A stretch of DNA of 30,696 nt from an uncultured Solirubrobacteraceae bacterium. GTDB taxonomy: Bacteria > Actinomycetota > Thermoleophilia > Solirubrobacterales > Solirubrobacteraceae. Numbering within the stretch: the first letter of the stretch is position 1; each line of letters starts with the position of its first letter. Both the position numbers and the translations under genes were made by a program. The notes beneath the pieces were generated by a model, which was not told the origin of the DNA, did not search any database, and saw nothing but the letters and a program-made list of their open reading frames with translations. Location: the NCBI GenBank assembly GCA_964588985.1, contig CAZPQW010000033.1, positions 1 to 30,696 on the forward strand, written 5' to 3'. This document shows, piece after piece, positions 1 to 9,910 of this stretch.

Positions 1-947
1 GCGAGGTTCGACGAGGCCTCGGCGGGCGCGAGCACGTAGTAGGCGGCCAGCGCGTGCGGGGCGTGCGGTAGGCGCACCTCGCGGACGCTCGCGCCGAGCT
101 CCTGTGCGAGCGCGAGGCTCGCGCGGAAGGACTCGAGGACGCCTGCTTCGATGCCCTCGCCGGTGAGCTCGTCGGGGACGCCGAGCGTGACCCCGTCGAG
201 GCGCTCGGCGGTGGGCAGCTCGATCGCGTGCGGGAACTGCAGCGAGGTGGCGTCGCGATCGTCGCGGCCGGTCATCTGCCCGAACAGCAGCGCGGCGTCG
301 CGCACGTCGCGCGTGAGCGGGCCGGCCTGGTCGAGCGAGGAGGCGAACGCGATCATCCCGTAGCGCGAGACGGAGCCGTAAGTGGGTTTGAGCCCGACGA
401 TCCCGCACAGCGCGGCGGGCTGGCGGATCGAGCCGCCGGTGTCGGTACCGAGCGCCCACGGCGCGAGACCCGCGGCGACCGCGGCGGCGCTGCCGCCGGA
501 GGAGCCGCCCGGCACCCGTCCGCGGTCCCACGGGTTGCGCACGGGGCCGTAGCCGGAGTTCTCATTGGAGGAGCCCATCGCGAACTCGTCCTGGTTGGTC
601 TTTGCGAGCAGCGTCGCGCCTGCGTCGGTGAGCCGCGAGACGGCGGTGGCGGTGTACGGGGGCTCGTAGCCCTCGAGGATGCGCGAGCCCGACTGGCTGG
701 GCACGCCCTCGGTGCAGAACAGGTCCTTGACCGCGAGCGGCACGCCGCCGAGCGTGCCGGGTGAGTCCGCGGGCGGCGCCTCGGACGCGACCCACGTGAA
801 GCAGTTCAGGCCGTCATCGCCAGCGGATCGATCGCCATCGGCGCGCGCGCGATACGCCTCGAACAGCTCCGTGCTCGAAAGCGAGCCGTCGGCGATCGCC
901 GCCGCCGCATCCGAGGCGGACAGGTCGAGGACGTTCGTCGCGCTCAT
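1..947 (-). CDS. gatA: Asp/Glu-tRNA amidotransferase subunit A (partial, runs off window start)
   Basis: Manual translation from ATG 947 (ATGA overlap with gatC stop): [10 protein letters not shown]...[10 protein letters not shown]...[16 protein letters not shown]...[12 protein letters not shown]...[17 protein letters not shown], the amidase signature; adjacent to gatC. Confidence 0.97.
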   Translation of the reverse strand, partial: MSATNVLDLSASDAAAAIADGSLSSTELFEAYRARADGDRSAGDDGLNCFTWVASEAPPADSPGTLGGVPLAVKDLFCTEGVPSQSGSRILEGYEPPYTATAVSRLTDAGATLLAKTNQDEFAMGSSNENSGYGPVRNPWDRGRVPGGSSGGSAAAVAAGLAPWALGTDTGGSIRQPAALCGIVGLKPTYGSVSRYGMIAFASSLDQAGPLTRDVRDAALLFGQMTGRDDRDATSLQFPHAIELPTAERLDGVTLGVPDELTGEGIEAGVLESFRASLALAQELGASVREVRLPHAPHALAAYYVLAPAEASSNL

Positions 948-1228
948 GCCTGCGGGCTGGGAACGAGGAAACCGTTGTCGCTGACGGCCGGTGCCTGGCT
1001 CAGCGCTACCTCGCGCGGCAGCGATGGGCGCGGCTCGTCCGCTCGCAGCGCGCCGGTCATCTCGACCACGTGCGACGTCGGGGCGACATCATCGAGGTCG
1101 AGCTCGCCGATCGTCGCGATGTGGTCGAGGACGGCCGACAGCTCTCGCGCCATCGGCTCGATCTCATCCTCGCTCAGCGCCAGGCGCGCGAGGCGCGCCA
1201 CGTGCAGAACCTCATCGCGTGCGATCAC
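944..1228 (-). CDS. gatC: Asp/Glu-tRNA amidotransferase subunit C
   Basis: VIARDEVLHVARLARLAL...LRADEP...APAVSDNGFLVP; GTG start at 1228 chosen from family length and the upstream TACAAT box. Confidence 0.95.
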   Translation of the reverse strand: MIARDEVLHVARLARLALSEDEIEPMARELSAVLDHIATIGELDLDDVAPTSHVVEMTGALRADEPRPSLPREVALSQAPAVSDNGFLVPSPQA

Positions 1229-1237
1229 AGTGGCGGC

Positions 1238-1243
1238 ATTGTA
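1238..1243 (-). promoter_or_regulatory. Putative -10 element (TACAAT), near-leaderless gatCA promoter
   Basis: TACAAT 9 nt upstream of the gatC GTG; no Shine-Dalgarno. Confidence 0.65.
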
Positions 1244-1249
1244 TGAAGA

Positions 1250-1287
1250 CCCACCCGCCCGCACCTCCAGCCCGTGGAGCGGGTGGG
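1250..1287 (-). terminator. GC-rich hairpin downstream of membrane protein gene, possible terminator
   Basis: CCCACCCGC/GCGGGTGGG 9-bp inverted repeat with an inner CTCCA/TGGAG stem, 10 nt after the stop; only a weak U tail. Confidence 0.4.
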
Positions 1288-1296
1288 GTGTGTCGA

Positions 1297-1938
1297 CTAC
1301 TCGGGCGGTGTGTCGGGCGCGGGGCTTGAAGGCGCGGCCGGGGGCGGTATCGGCGGCGTGGGCGCCTCGACGGCGCCACCGGCGACGGTGGCCGCGGGCG
1401 GCGTCGGCTGGCTCGAACCAGTTGCACTGAGGTTGCCGAGAGCGTCGCTCGCCTGCGCGCGCACGTCGGCGATGGAGGTGCCTTCATCCTGCATGCCGAG
1501 ATAGCCGCCGTAGGTGATGCCCGCTGCCGCGATCAGCCCGAGCCAGATCCCGAACTTGATGCCGACGGAGGCGTGGAAGCTTCCGTAGCTGGCGCTGGCG
1601 CTCGGGTGATGGAGGATGCGGTACAGGATCAGCACGGTCGAGAGAGCCCCGAGCCCCGCGACGAGGACGCCCGGCTGAACCGGGCTCTCGAACTTCAGCG
1701 CGCCGGAGGCGATTGCCGCCGCGGCAATCGCGACGATGATCGTGATCAGCCAGATCCAGCGGCTGTTGGTGAAGGTCTGCCAGCCGGTCCTGCTGACGTT
1801 GACGTTGAGGCCGCCGAGCGAGCCGACGTTGGAGCTGACGCCGTACCACTTGAAGAAGAACATGAAGATGAACAGCGCGATCGCGCTGCCTCCCGCGATC
1901 TGATCGGAGCGACGCAGACGGCTGATATCGAAACCCAT
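1297..1938 (-). CDS. Hypothetical 4-TM membrane protein with Pro/Ala-rich C-terminal tail
   Basis: ATG 1938 preceded by GGGGGAAG; four hydrophobic segments; typical GC3-rich codons; paralog of 2067..2504. Confidence 0.85.
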   Translation of the reverse strand: MGFDISRLRRSDQIAGGSAIALFIFMFFFKWYGVSSNVGSLGGLNVNVSRTGWQTFTNSRWIWLITIIVAIAAAAIASGALKFESPVQPGVLVAGLGALSTVLILYRILHHPSASASYGSFHASVGIKFGIWLGLIAAAGITYGGYLGMQDEGTSIADVRAQASDALGNLSATGSSQPTPPAATVAGGAVEAPTPPIPPPAAPSSPAPDTPPE

Positions 1939-2066
1939 TGAACTTCCCCCACGAGTCGATGATGGATCGGCCTGCGAACGCCAGCCGCCATGGCCGGAGC
2001 TTGCATCCGTAGTTACAAAGTTCATCTCCCCCGCGTCTAATCCTGCAAGGCGCTCGCGGCGGCGCG

Positions 2067-2504
2067 CTACGGCCGCGGGCGAGGCTCGGGCGCGGCGGGC
2101 TCGTAGAGCGAGGGCCGTTCATCTCGGAGCGTGAGCCACGCACCCGCGAGCACCGCGATGGCGCCCGCGAGCGCCAGCCACGGGCCGGCGCACAGCGAGC
2201 TGGCGTGCTCGGGCCGCTCGACCACCCTCACGACGGCCGCGATCACGCCGATCAGGCCGACCAGCACGCACCACACCGCGGTGGAGACCGGCAGAGCCGT
2301 GCTGCGCTCGGTGACGGCGCTGACGACCATCGCGAGCGCCGCGCACAGCGTCGCGAGCAGCAGCACGACGGCGGGTCCGAACGTGTCCCACGCGTCGAGC
2401 ATGCCGATCGGCGTTTCATACCAGGGCTTGACGAGCGACACGATCAGAAGGGCCGCGCCGACCGTCACGAGCGCCTCGCCGAGGCGGAACTGCTTGAGGT
2501 TCAT
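2067..2504 (-). CDS. Hypothetical 4-TM membrane protein
   Basis: MNLKQFRLGEALVTVGAALLIVSLVKPWY...; ATG overlaps folD stop (ATGA); four hydrophobic segments. Confidence 0.85.
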   Translation of the reverse strand: MNLKQFRLGEALVTVGAALLIVSLVKPWYETPIGMLDAWDTFGPAVVLLLATLCAALAMVVSAVTERSTALPVSTAVWCVLVGLIGVIAAVVRVVERPEHASSLCAGPWLALAGAIAVLAGAWLTLRDERPSLYEPAAPEPRPRP

Positions 2505-3412
2505 CTTCCCTCCCTGCCGAGTTCGCCGAACATGACCTCGAGCTCGGCGTGGTAGCGCGCGGCCTGCAGCGTGTTGCGCAGCAGGAACGCGATCGTCATC
2601 GGACCGACGCCTCCGGGCACAGGCGTGATCGCGGAGGCCATCTCGCTGACGGCGTCGTAGTCCACGTCGCCGACCAGGCCGCTCTTGTTGCCCGCCTCCT
2701 CGGGGGTGAGGCGGTTCATGCCGACGTCGATGACGACCGCGCCGGGCTTGACGAAGTCCGCCTCGATCAGCCGCGCGCGGCCGACAGCCGCGATCAGGAC
2801 GTCCGCGCGGGCGCACACCTCGCGCAGGTCGCGGGTGCGCGAGTGGCAGATCGTGACGGTCGCGTTCTCCGCGAGCAGCAGCTGCGCCATCGGCTTGCCG
2901 AACAGGTTCGAGCGCCCCACTACGACCGCCTCGGCCCCTTCGAGCTTCGTGTCGGCGCTCGCGAGCAGCTCCATCACGCCGCACGGCGTGCACGGGCGCA
3001 GGCCGGGGCGCCCGAGCGAGAGCAGTCCCGCGTTGACCGGCGTGAGACCGTCGACGTCCTTGTCCGGGGCGATCATCGCGGTCAGCTCGGGGCCATCGAG
3101 GTGATCCGGCAGCGGCAGCTGCAGCAGGATGCCGCTCACGGCCGCGTCGGCGTTGAGCGCGTCGAGCTCCTCGGCGACCTGCTCGAAGCTCGAGTCGGCG
3201 GGCAGCCGACGGTCGAACGGGACCATCCCCACCTCCAGGCAGGCGCGCTGCTTGCCGCCCACATACACGGCCGAGGCGGGGTCGTCGCCGACGAGCACGG
3301 TCGCGAGGCCGGGGGCGCGTCCCGATCGCTGGGTGAAGTCTGCGACCTCGTGCGAAAGCTCCTCCCGCACGCGTGCGGCGATCGCCTTGCCGTCGATGAT
3401 CGTGGCACCCAT
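2501..3412 (-). CDS. folD: Bifunctional methylenetetrahydrofolate dehydrogenase/cyclohydrolase
   Basis: IIDGK, PGLATVLVGDDPAS..YV..K, GILLQLPLP, KDVDG, PCTP, VVVGRSN..GKP, VIDVG, ITPVPGGVGPMT. Confidence 0.98.
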   Translation of the reverse strand: MGATIIDGKAIAARVREELSHEVADFTQRSGRAPGLATVLVGDDPASAVYVGGKQRACLEVGMVPFDRRLPADSSFEQVAEELDALNADAAVSGILLQLPLPDHLDGPELTAMIAPDKDVDGLTPVNAGLLSLGRPGLRPCTPCGVMELLASADTKLEGAEAVVVGRSNLFGKPMAQLLLAENATVTICHSRTRDLREVCARADVLIAAVGRARLIEADFVKPGAVVIDVGMNRLTPEEAGNKSGLVGDVDYDAVSEMASAITPVPGGVGPMTIAFLLRNTLQAARYHAELEVMFGELGREGR

Positions 3413-3419
3413 CACGGAG

Positions 3420-3425
3420 ATGCTA
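3420..3425 (-). promoter_or_regulatory. Putative -10 element (TAGCAT), leaderless folD promoter
   Basis: TANNNT box 7 nt upstream of ATG 3412. Confidence 0.65.
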
Positions 3426-3454
3426 TGCGCTTGAGCGGAAATGGAACACGCGCT

Positions 3455-5857
<2,403 letters not shown>

Positions 5858-5866
5858 CGGATCCCC

Positions 5867-5872
5867 AGCATA
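5867..5872 (-). promoter_or_regulatory. Putative -10 element (TATGCT) for pcrA
   Basis: TANNNT box 9 nt upstream of ATG 5857. Confidence 0.55.
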
Positions 5873-5889
5873 GATGCGGGCTCGGGGGA

Positions 5890-6630
5890 CTATCCCCCCG
5901 CGGGATTGGGGCCCTTGACCGTCCGCAGCGGCCTGACCTCGGCCAGCGGCTGCGGCTCGCCGTCGGTGACCTCCGCGAGCATCCGTTCGAGCGTCACGAT
6001 CCGGCTCGAGAGCGCCTGGATCGCCTCGGCGATCGGGTCGGGCAGGTGGATCCAGTCCGCGTCGGGACCCTCCACGCGGCGGCCGTCCACGCGCACCGGG
6101 TGACCGGGGTTGCCGACGACGGTGGAGTTCGGCGGCACGTCGGTGATCACCACGCTGTTCGCGCCAATCTTCGCGCCGTGGCCGATCGTGATCGGGCCGA
6201 GCAGCTTCGCGCCGGAGCCGATCGTCACGTTGTCCTGCACCGTCGGATGGCGCTTGCCGGTCGCGAAGCCCGTGCCGCCGAGCGTCACGCCCTGGTACAG
6301 CGTCACGTCATTGCCGATGTCCGCCGTCTCGCCGATCACGACGCCCGCGCCGTGGTCGATGAACAGGCCCTGGCCGATCTGCGCCGCGGGGTGGATCTCG
6401 ATCCCGGTGAGCGCGCGCGTGAACATCGAGATGATGCGCGGCAGCAGCGGCACACCGGACAGGTGCAGCGCGTGCGCCACGCGGTAGGCCAACAGCGCGT
6501 GGATGCCGGGCCACGTCGCGAGGATCTCCAGGGGCGCCACACCGCGAGCGGCGGGGTCGCGGTCGCGCGCGGCAAGCACGTCGCGGCGGACCTCCTTCGC
6601 GACCCGAGCGAACTTGCCGAGACCGGGCAT
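5890..6630 (-). CDS. cysE: Serine O-acetyltransferase (EpsC/CysE type)
   Basis: RDPAA, TGIEIHPAAQIG.GLFIDHG.GVVIGET, LYQGVTLGGTG...KRHPT hexapeptide repeats, LPDPI; start moved to ATG 6630. Confidence 0.96.
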   Translation of the reverse strand: MPGLGKFARVAKEVRRDVLAARDRDPAARGVAPLEILATWPGIHALLAYRVAHALHLSGVPLLPRIISMFTRALTGIEIHPAAQIGQGLFIDHGAGVVIGETADIGNDVTLYQGVTLGGTGFATGKRHPTVQDNVTIGSGAKLLGPITIGHGAKIGANSVVITDVPPNSTVVGNPGHPVRVDGRRVEGPDADWIHLPDPIAEAIQALSSRIVTLERMLAEVTDGEPQPLAEVRPLRTVKGPNPAGG

Positions 6631-6636
6631 GGGAAC

Positions 6637-6642
6637 AGCGTA
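6637..6642 (-). promoter_or_regulatory. Putative -10 element (TACGCT), leaderless cysE promoter
   Basis: TANNNT box 6 nt upstream of ATG 6630. Confidence 0.65.
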
Positions 6643-6689
6643 GCGGTCGAATTGGCGATGCTGAGAGCAATGCAACAGCCGGTTCCCTC

Positions 6690-6722
6690 CCGGCCCGGAG
6701 CGCGCTGACGCGCCCGGGCCGG
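6690..6722 (-). terminator. Strong hairpin downstream of SGNH hydrolase gene
   Basis: CCGGCCCGG-a-GCGCG ctga CGCGC-CCGGGCCGG: 14-bp stem with one bulge, about 23 nt after the stop; no U tail. Confidence 0.55.
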
Positions 6723-6745
6723 AAAGGGCCGACCGACCGACCTCC

Positions 6746-7600
6746 CTAGGAGATGCCTTTCGCGCGCATCGCCGCCTCGACCAGCTTTGCGTCTTCTGCC
6801 ATGCCTTTTTCGTTCGGGTGCACCGAGAACGCATCCGATTCCGGCAGCAGCGGTTCGACCCAGCGCACGCTCAACGACTTGCACGCGTCGTGGCCGATGC
6901 TCGGCGTGTACGTGTCAACGTACGTCGCGCCGTTTGTGGAGGCCTCGCTGCTGAGCATCGCATCCAGTTCCTTCTCCATGCCGTTCAGGTACGCCGTATC
7001 GCCGGTCGTCAGAGGCACTGTCGGCCAGCAGTTGCCGCTCTGGGGCAGGATGTCCGGGTAGCCCACCACGAACACCTTCGCCGACGGCGACACCGAGTGG
7101 ATGTGCGCCAGCGCCGCGCCCACCACGGGACCGTCCGCGGCGATTTTTTCGGCGAGCGTGTGCCCGTAGGTGCTTTTACACGGCGTGCCGAACGGGAACA
7201 CCAGATCCTCCGCCCCGCAGGTGATCAGCGTGTTCAGGAACAGGCCGTTGTCGTTTCCGCCGATCCCCACCGACACAACCTGCGTGGAGGAGCTCAGCGC
7301 GTTGAACTGCGGCGGCTGGTCCGAGTACTGCGCGGTCGAGAAGTTCGACGTCGTCGCGCCTGAGCAGCTCACGTCGGTGAGCGACAGGCCGAGCGCCGAG
7401 GCCGACAGATGCGAATAGTCGCGCGCCGACTGCAGGCAGTCGAGCGGCGCTCCCAGAGCCGGCGGCAGGATGAACGGACCGGAGGTGAACGAGTCACCGA
7501 GCGACACATAAGGCACGCTGGCCCCAGCCAGCGACGGCGCGGCCGCGAGCGCCATCAGCGCGCCGACCACGGTTGCGATGCACAACAAGCGACGAGACAT
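6746..7600 (-). CDS. Secreted SGNH/GDSL-family esterase/lipase (Streptomyces SEST-like)
   Basis: Signal peptide MSRRLLCIATVVGALMALAAA; YVSLGDSF, VSCSGAT, GIGGND, VGYP, HDAC, VHPN; GGGG SD 7 nt upstream. Confidence 0.92.
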   Translation of the reverse strand: MSRRLLCIATVVGALMALAAAPSLAGASVPYVSLGDSFTSGPFILPPALGAPLDCLQSARDYSHLSASALGLSLTDVSCSGATTSNFSTAQYSDQPPQFNALSSSTQVVSVGIGGNDNGLFLNTLITCGAEDLVFPFGTPCKSTYGHTLAEKIAADGPVVGAALAHIHSVSPSAKVFVVGYPDILPQSGNCWPTVPLTTGDTAYLNGMEKELDAMLSSEASTNGATYVDTYTPSIGHDACKSLSVRWVEPLLPESDAFSVHPNEKGMAEDAKLVEAAMRAKGIS

Positions 7601-7854
7601 ACACATTCCCCTTTTCCCTCTAGTAGATGGATGCGAACTCCCCGTTCCTCTTGGAACTTCTCGAATCTAACGAGCCAGCGCCGCAATTGAAAGCGATGTC
7701 TCCAGACATCATTGGACCGCGCCACGGTTCGACACCACGCGACCCGAGCATGCCCCGATAGGGGCACCTATAAACGGCCGTTTCCGGCCATCGATCTGAC
7801 GGTGCACGGTGGCTGTTCGCGTGCTGGTTGCACGCGGGCAGACGCCGGGTGCTG

Positions 7855-8799
7855 TCAGGGGGCGAAGAAGGCCTGTGAGACGTAGCGCTCGCCGGAGTCG
7901 GGCATGATCACGACTATTCGCTTGCCCTTCGACTCGGGGCGCGCGGCGACCTGCAGCGCTCCCCACATCGCCGCGCCGCAGGAGATGCCCGCGAGCAGGC
8001 CGGCGCGTTTGGCGCAGTTCCACGCCGTCTGGATCGCGTCGTCGTCCGACACCGGGATGATCTCGTCGATCAACTCGCGGTTGAGCACCGGCGGGACGAA
8101 CCCCGCGCCGATGCCCTGGATGCGATGTGGGCCGGCGGACGCGCCCGACAGCACCGCCGAGCCGCGCGGCTCCACGGCGATCACCTGCAGCTTCGGGTTC
8201 ACGTGCTCGCGCAGGTGCTCGCCCACGCCCGTGATCGTGCCACCCGTCCCCACGCCCGCGACCAGCACGTCCACACGGCCGTCGAGCGCCTTCGCGATCT
8301 CCGGGCCGGTCGTCCGGCGGTGCGCCTCCGGGTTCGCCGGGTTCGAGAACTGGTCCGGCAGGAACACGTCGTCGCTCTGCGCCATCGCCCGCGCCGCCGC
8401 CACCGCCTCACCCATACCGCCGAGCGACTCGGTGATGTCGACCCGTGCGCCGTAGAGGCGCAGCAGGCCCTCGCGCTCCCTGCTCATCCCCTGCGGCAGC
8501 GTCAGCACCAGCTCGTATCCCTTCGCCGCGCACACGAACGCCAGCGCGATCCCCGTGTTGCCGCTCGTCGCCTCCACGATCGTCGTGCGACCCGGCTCGA
8601 TCCTGCCTTCGGCCTCCGCCGCCTCGATCATCGCCACGCCGATCCGGTCCTTCACCGAGCCACCCGGGTTGAACGACTCGAGCTTCGCGAACAGCTCCAC
8701 GCCCTGCTCGGCCGCGGGAGTGCCCGCGAGCATGCTCGGCAGACCCACCAGCGGCGTGCTGCCCACAAGCTCCGAAATGTTGATCGGGATTCGGGACAT
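7855..8799 (-). CDS. cysK: Cysteine synthase A (O-acetylserine sulfhydrylase)
   Basis: AKLESFNPGGSVKDRIG (PLP lysine), EATSGNTG, QFSNPANP, GVGTGGT, HRIQGIGAGFVP, PDSGERY. Confidence 0.98.
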   Translation of the reverse strand: MSRIPINISELVGSTPLVGLPSMLAGTPAAEQGVELFAKLESFNPGGSVKDRIGVAMIEAAEAEGRIEPGRTTIVEATSGNTGIALAFVCAAKGYELVLTLPQGMSREREGLLRLYGARVDITESLGGMGEAVAAARAMAQSDDVFLPDQFSNPANPEAHRRTTGPEIAKALDGRVDVLVAGVGTGGTITGVGEHLREHVNPKLQVIAVEPRGSAVLSGASAGPHRIQGIGAGFVPPVLNRELIDEIIPVSDDDAIQTAWNCAKRAGLLAGISCGAAMWGALQVAARPESKGKRIVVIMPDSGERYVSQAFFAP

Positions 8800-8806
8800 A
8801 GCCCCG

Positions 8807-8812
8807 ACAATA
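8807..8812 (-). promoter_or_regulatory. Putative -10 element (TATTGT), leaderless cysK promoter
   Basis: TANNNT box 7 nt upstream of ATG 8799. Confidence 0.6.
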
Positions 8813-8902
8813 GTGCAGTAGGCGCGTTTGTCGTTCGCTGGAGCGGTCTATCCCGTTGTCTTCACAGGCGTACGACTACGGCTGAGGATCAGCGCGATGC
8901 GC

Positions 8903-9124
8903 TTAGGCTGGAACCAAAACCTGCAGTAGCTGGGTGGCCGGAGGAGTCACCGGCTGTACGATCTTGTCGTCGTGCGTGTAGAGATGCCACGCCTCGCCGA
9001 CGGCCTCGAGCAGCTCGTCCATCGTCTCCCCAGATGCGAACAACCCCGGGTGCGTAGGAACCTCCGCCCAGTACATGCCGTCCTCGTGATGAACTCGGAC
9101 GCGTAGCTCAATCTGCTCAGGCAT
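8903..9124 (-). CDS. hicB: HicB-family antitoxin (short form, no DNA-binding domain)
   Basis: HHEDGMYWAEVPTHPGLFASGETMDELLEAVGEAW matches the HicB N-terminal partial RNase H fold; GAGGAG upstream of ATG 9124 (alternative ATG 9136). Confidence 0.88.
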   Translation of the reverse strand: MPEQIELRVRVHHEDGMYWAEVPTHPGLFASGETMDELLEAVGEAWHLYTHDDKIVQPVTPPATQLLQVLVPA

Positions 9125-9132
9125 CGTGCTCC

Positions 9133-9333
9133 TCATTGTAGACCAGCCTGACGAAGTATCGACGCGGTGAGGCGCGGTCCATAGTCCTGGCGCTTGTGCA
9201 TCGGCAACGTTATGGGTCGCTCACCCGGCTTCGTCATCTTGACGATGTGCTTGCCGCCACGCACCTCCGACCAGCCATTTTCAATGAGCAGTTTCTGCAT
9301 CGTACGCTGGTTGTAGGCCCTGACCACGGTCAC
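9133..9333 (-). CDS. hicA: HicA-family mRNA interferase toxin
   Basis: C-terminal part of ORF 9133..9801: QKLLIENGWSEVRGGKHIVKMTKPGERPITLPMHKRQDYGPRLTASILRQAGL, the HicA pattern with catalytic His; directly upstream of hicB; start GTG 9333 or 9327. Confidence 0.88.
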   Translation of the reverse strand: MTVVRAYNQRTMQKLLIENGWSEVRGGKHIVKMTKPGERPITLPMHKRQDYGPRLTASILRQAGLQ

Positions 9334-9397
9334 TGCTACTCCGGCTGATTCCGTGGAACCGGGACATACTCGGTGCGCTTCGTCTACCGCTGGACCA

Positions 9398-9853
9398 TCA
9401 CCCCGACTCCCCGCCGTGATGGGAGCAAGCGCCAGAGATCCCGCCTGCATGGCTATAGGTTCCGTCGGAGCATTCGACCACGGTGCCTTCCTCTGTCGCG
9501 AAGCTCCCGATGCATTCGTGCTCAGAACAGAACTTGGCGTCCCCGGCATGGCTTGAAGACCCAACTTCGTCGTTGCCTTCCACTCCTTGCTTTTCGCCTT
9601 CTTCCGCGCCGGCACCACCGCGTTCTTCGGATGCTTTCGGCGTTGGCGTCGGAGAGCTTTCCGGTTCCGAAGCGTCTTCGCTCGGGGCTTCTTCCTTCTG
9701 GGAAGGTTCACTCGCAGGCGGCGTAGCGGTCGCTTCCGACGAGGTTTCAGAGTTGCTCGTAGATGAAGAACTGGATCCACTGCAGCCGGCGATCGCGCCA
9801 CTAATCAGCACGAGCGTCACGAACCCACCAATCACCGTCAGCCCCCGCTTCAT
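9398..9853 (-). CDS. Putative lipoprotein with S/T/E/P-rich linker and C-terminal Cys/His motif (DUF3761-like)
   Basis: Lipobox IAG-C after hydrophobic signal; C-terminus ECSDGTYSHAGGISGACSHHGG resembles the DUF3761 C-x-DG-x-YS...G-x-CS-x-HGG motif. Confidence 0.8.
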   Translation of the reverse strand: MKRGLTVIGGFVTLVLISGAIAGCSGSSSSSTSNSETSSEATATPPASEPSQKEEAPSEDASEPESSPTPTPKASEERGGAGAEEGEKQGVEGNDEVGSSSHAGDAKFCSEHECIGSFATEEGTVVECSDGTYSHAGGISGACSHHGGESG

Positions 9854-9860
9854 GGCCGGA

Positions 9861-9866
9861 ACGCTA
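9861..9866 (-). promoter_or_regulatory. Putative -10 element (TAGCGT), leaderless lipoprotein promoter
   Basis: TANNNT box 7 nt upstream of ATG 9853. Confidence 0.6.
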
Positions 9867-9891
9867 CATGAGTCGGATATTCAGACTCATG
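9867..9891. promoter_or_regulatory. 25-bp 11-3-11 inverted repeat (operator or terminator)
   Basis: CATGAGTCGGA-TAT-TCAGACTCATG, one mismatch; abuts the -10 box and lies about 20 nt after the rrf2 stop. Confidence 0.6.
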
Positions 9892-9910
9892 CCGGACCCG
9901 AGCATCACTT

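Noticed and set aside
6631-6834. Extended N-termini in the ORF track for cysE (also argD, argB, argJ, pheT, GNAT, HDOD-LuxR, 2067..2993, 19835..20356)
   Set aside because: Extensions overlap upstream genes; better starts are supported by stop/start overlaps, SD or -10 boxes
7754-7761. CCCGATAG on the plus strand resembling a sigma-28 -10
   Set aside because: No matching -35 element and no plus-strand gene downstream; it is part of a palindrome
9334-9801. Long N-terminal extension of the 222-aa ORF containing HicA
   Set aside because: Overlaps the lipoprotein gene in another frame; only the last ~65 aa look like HicA
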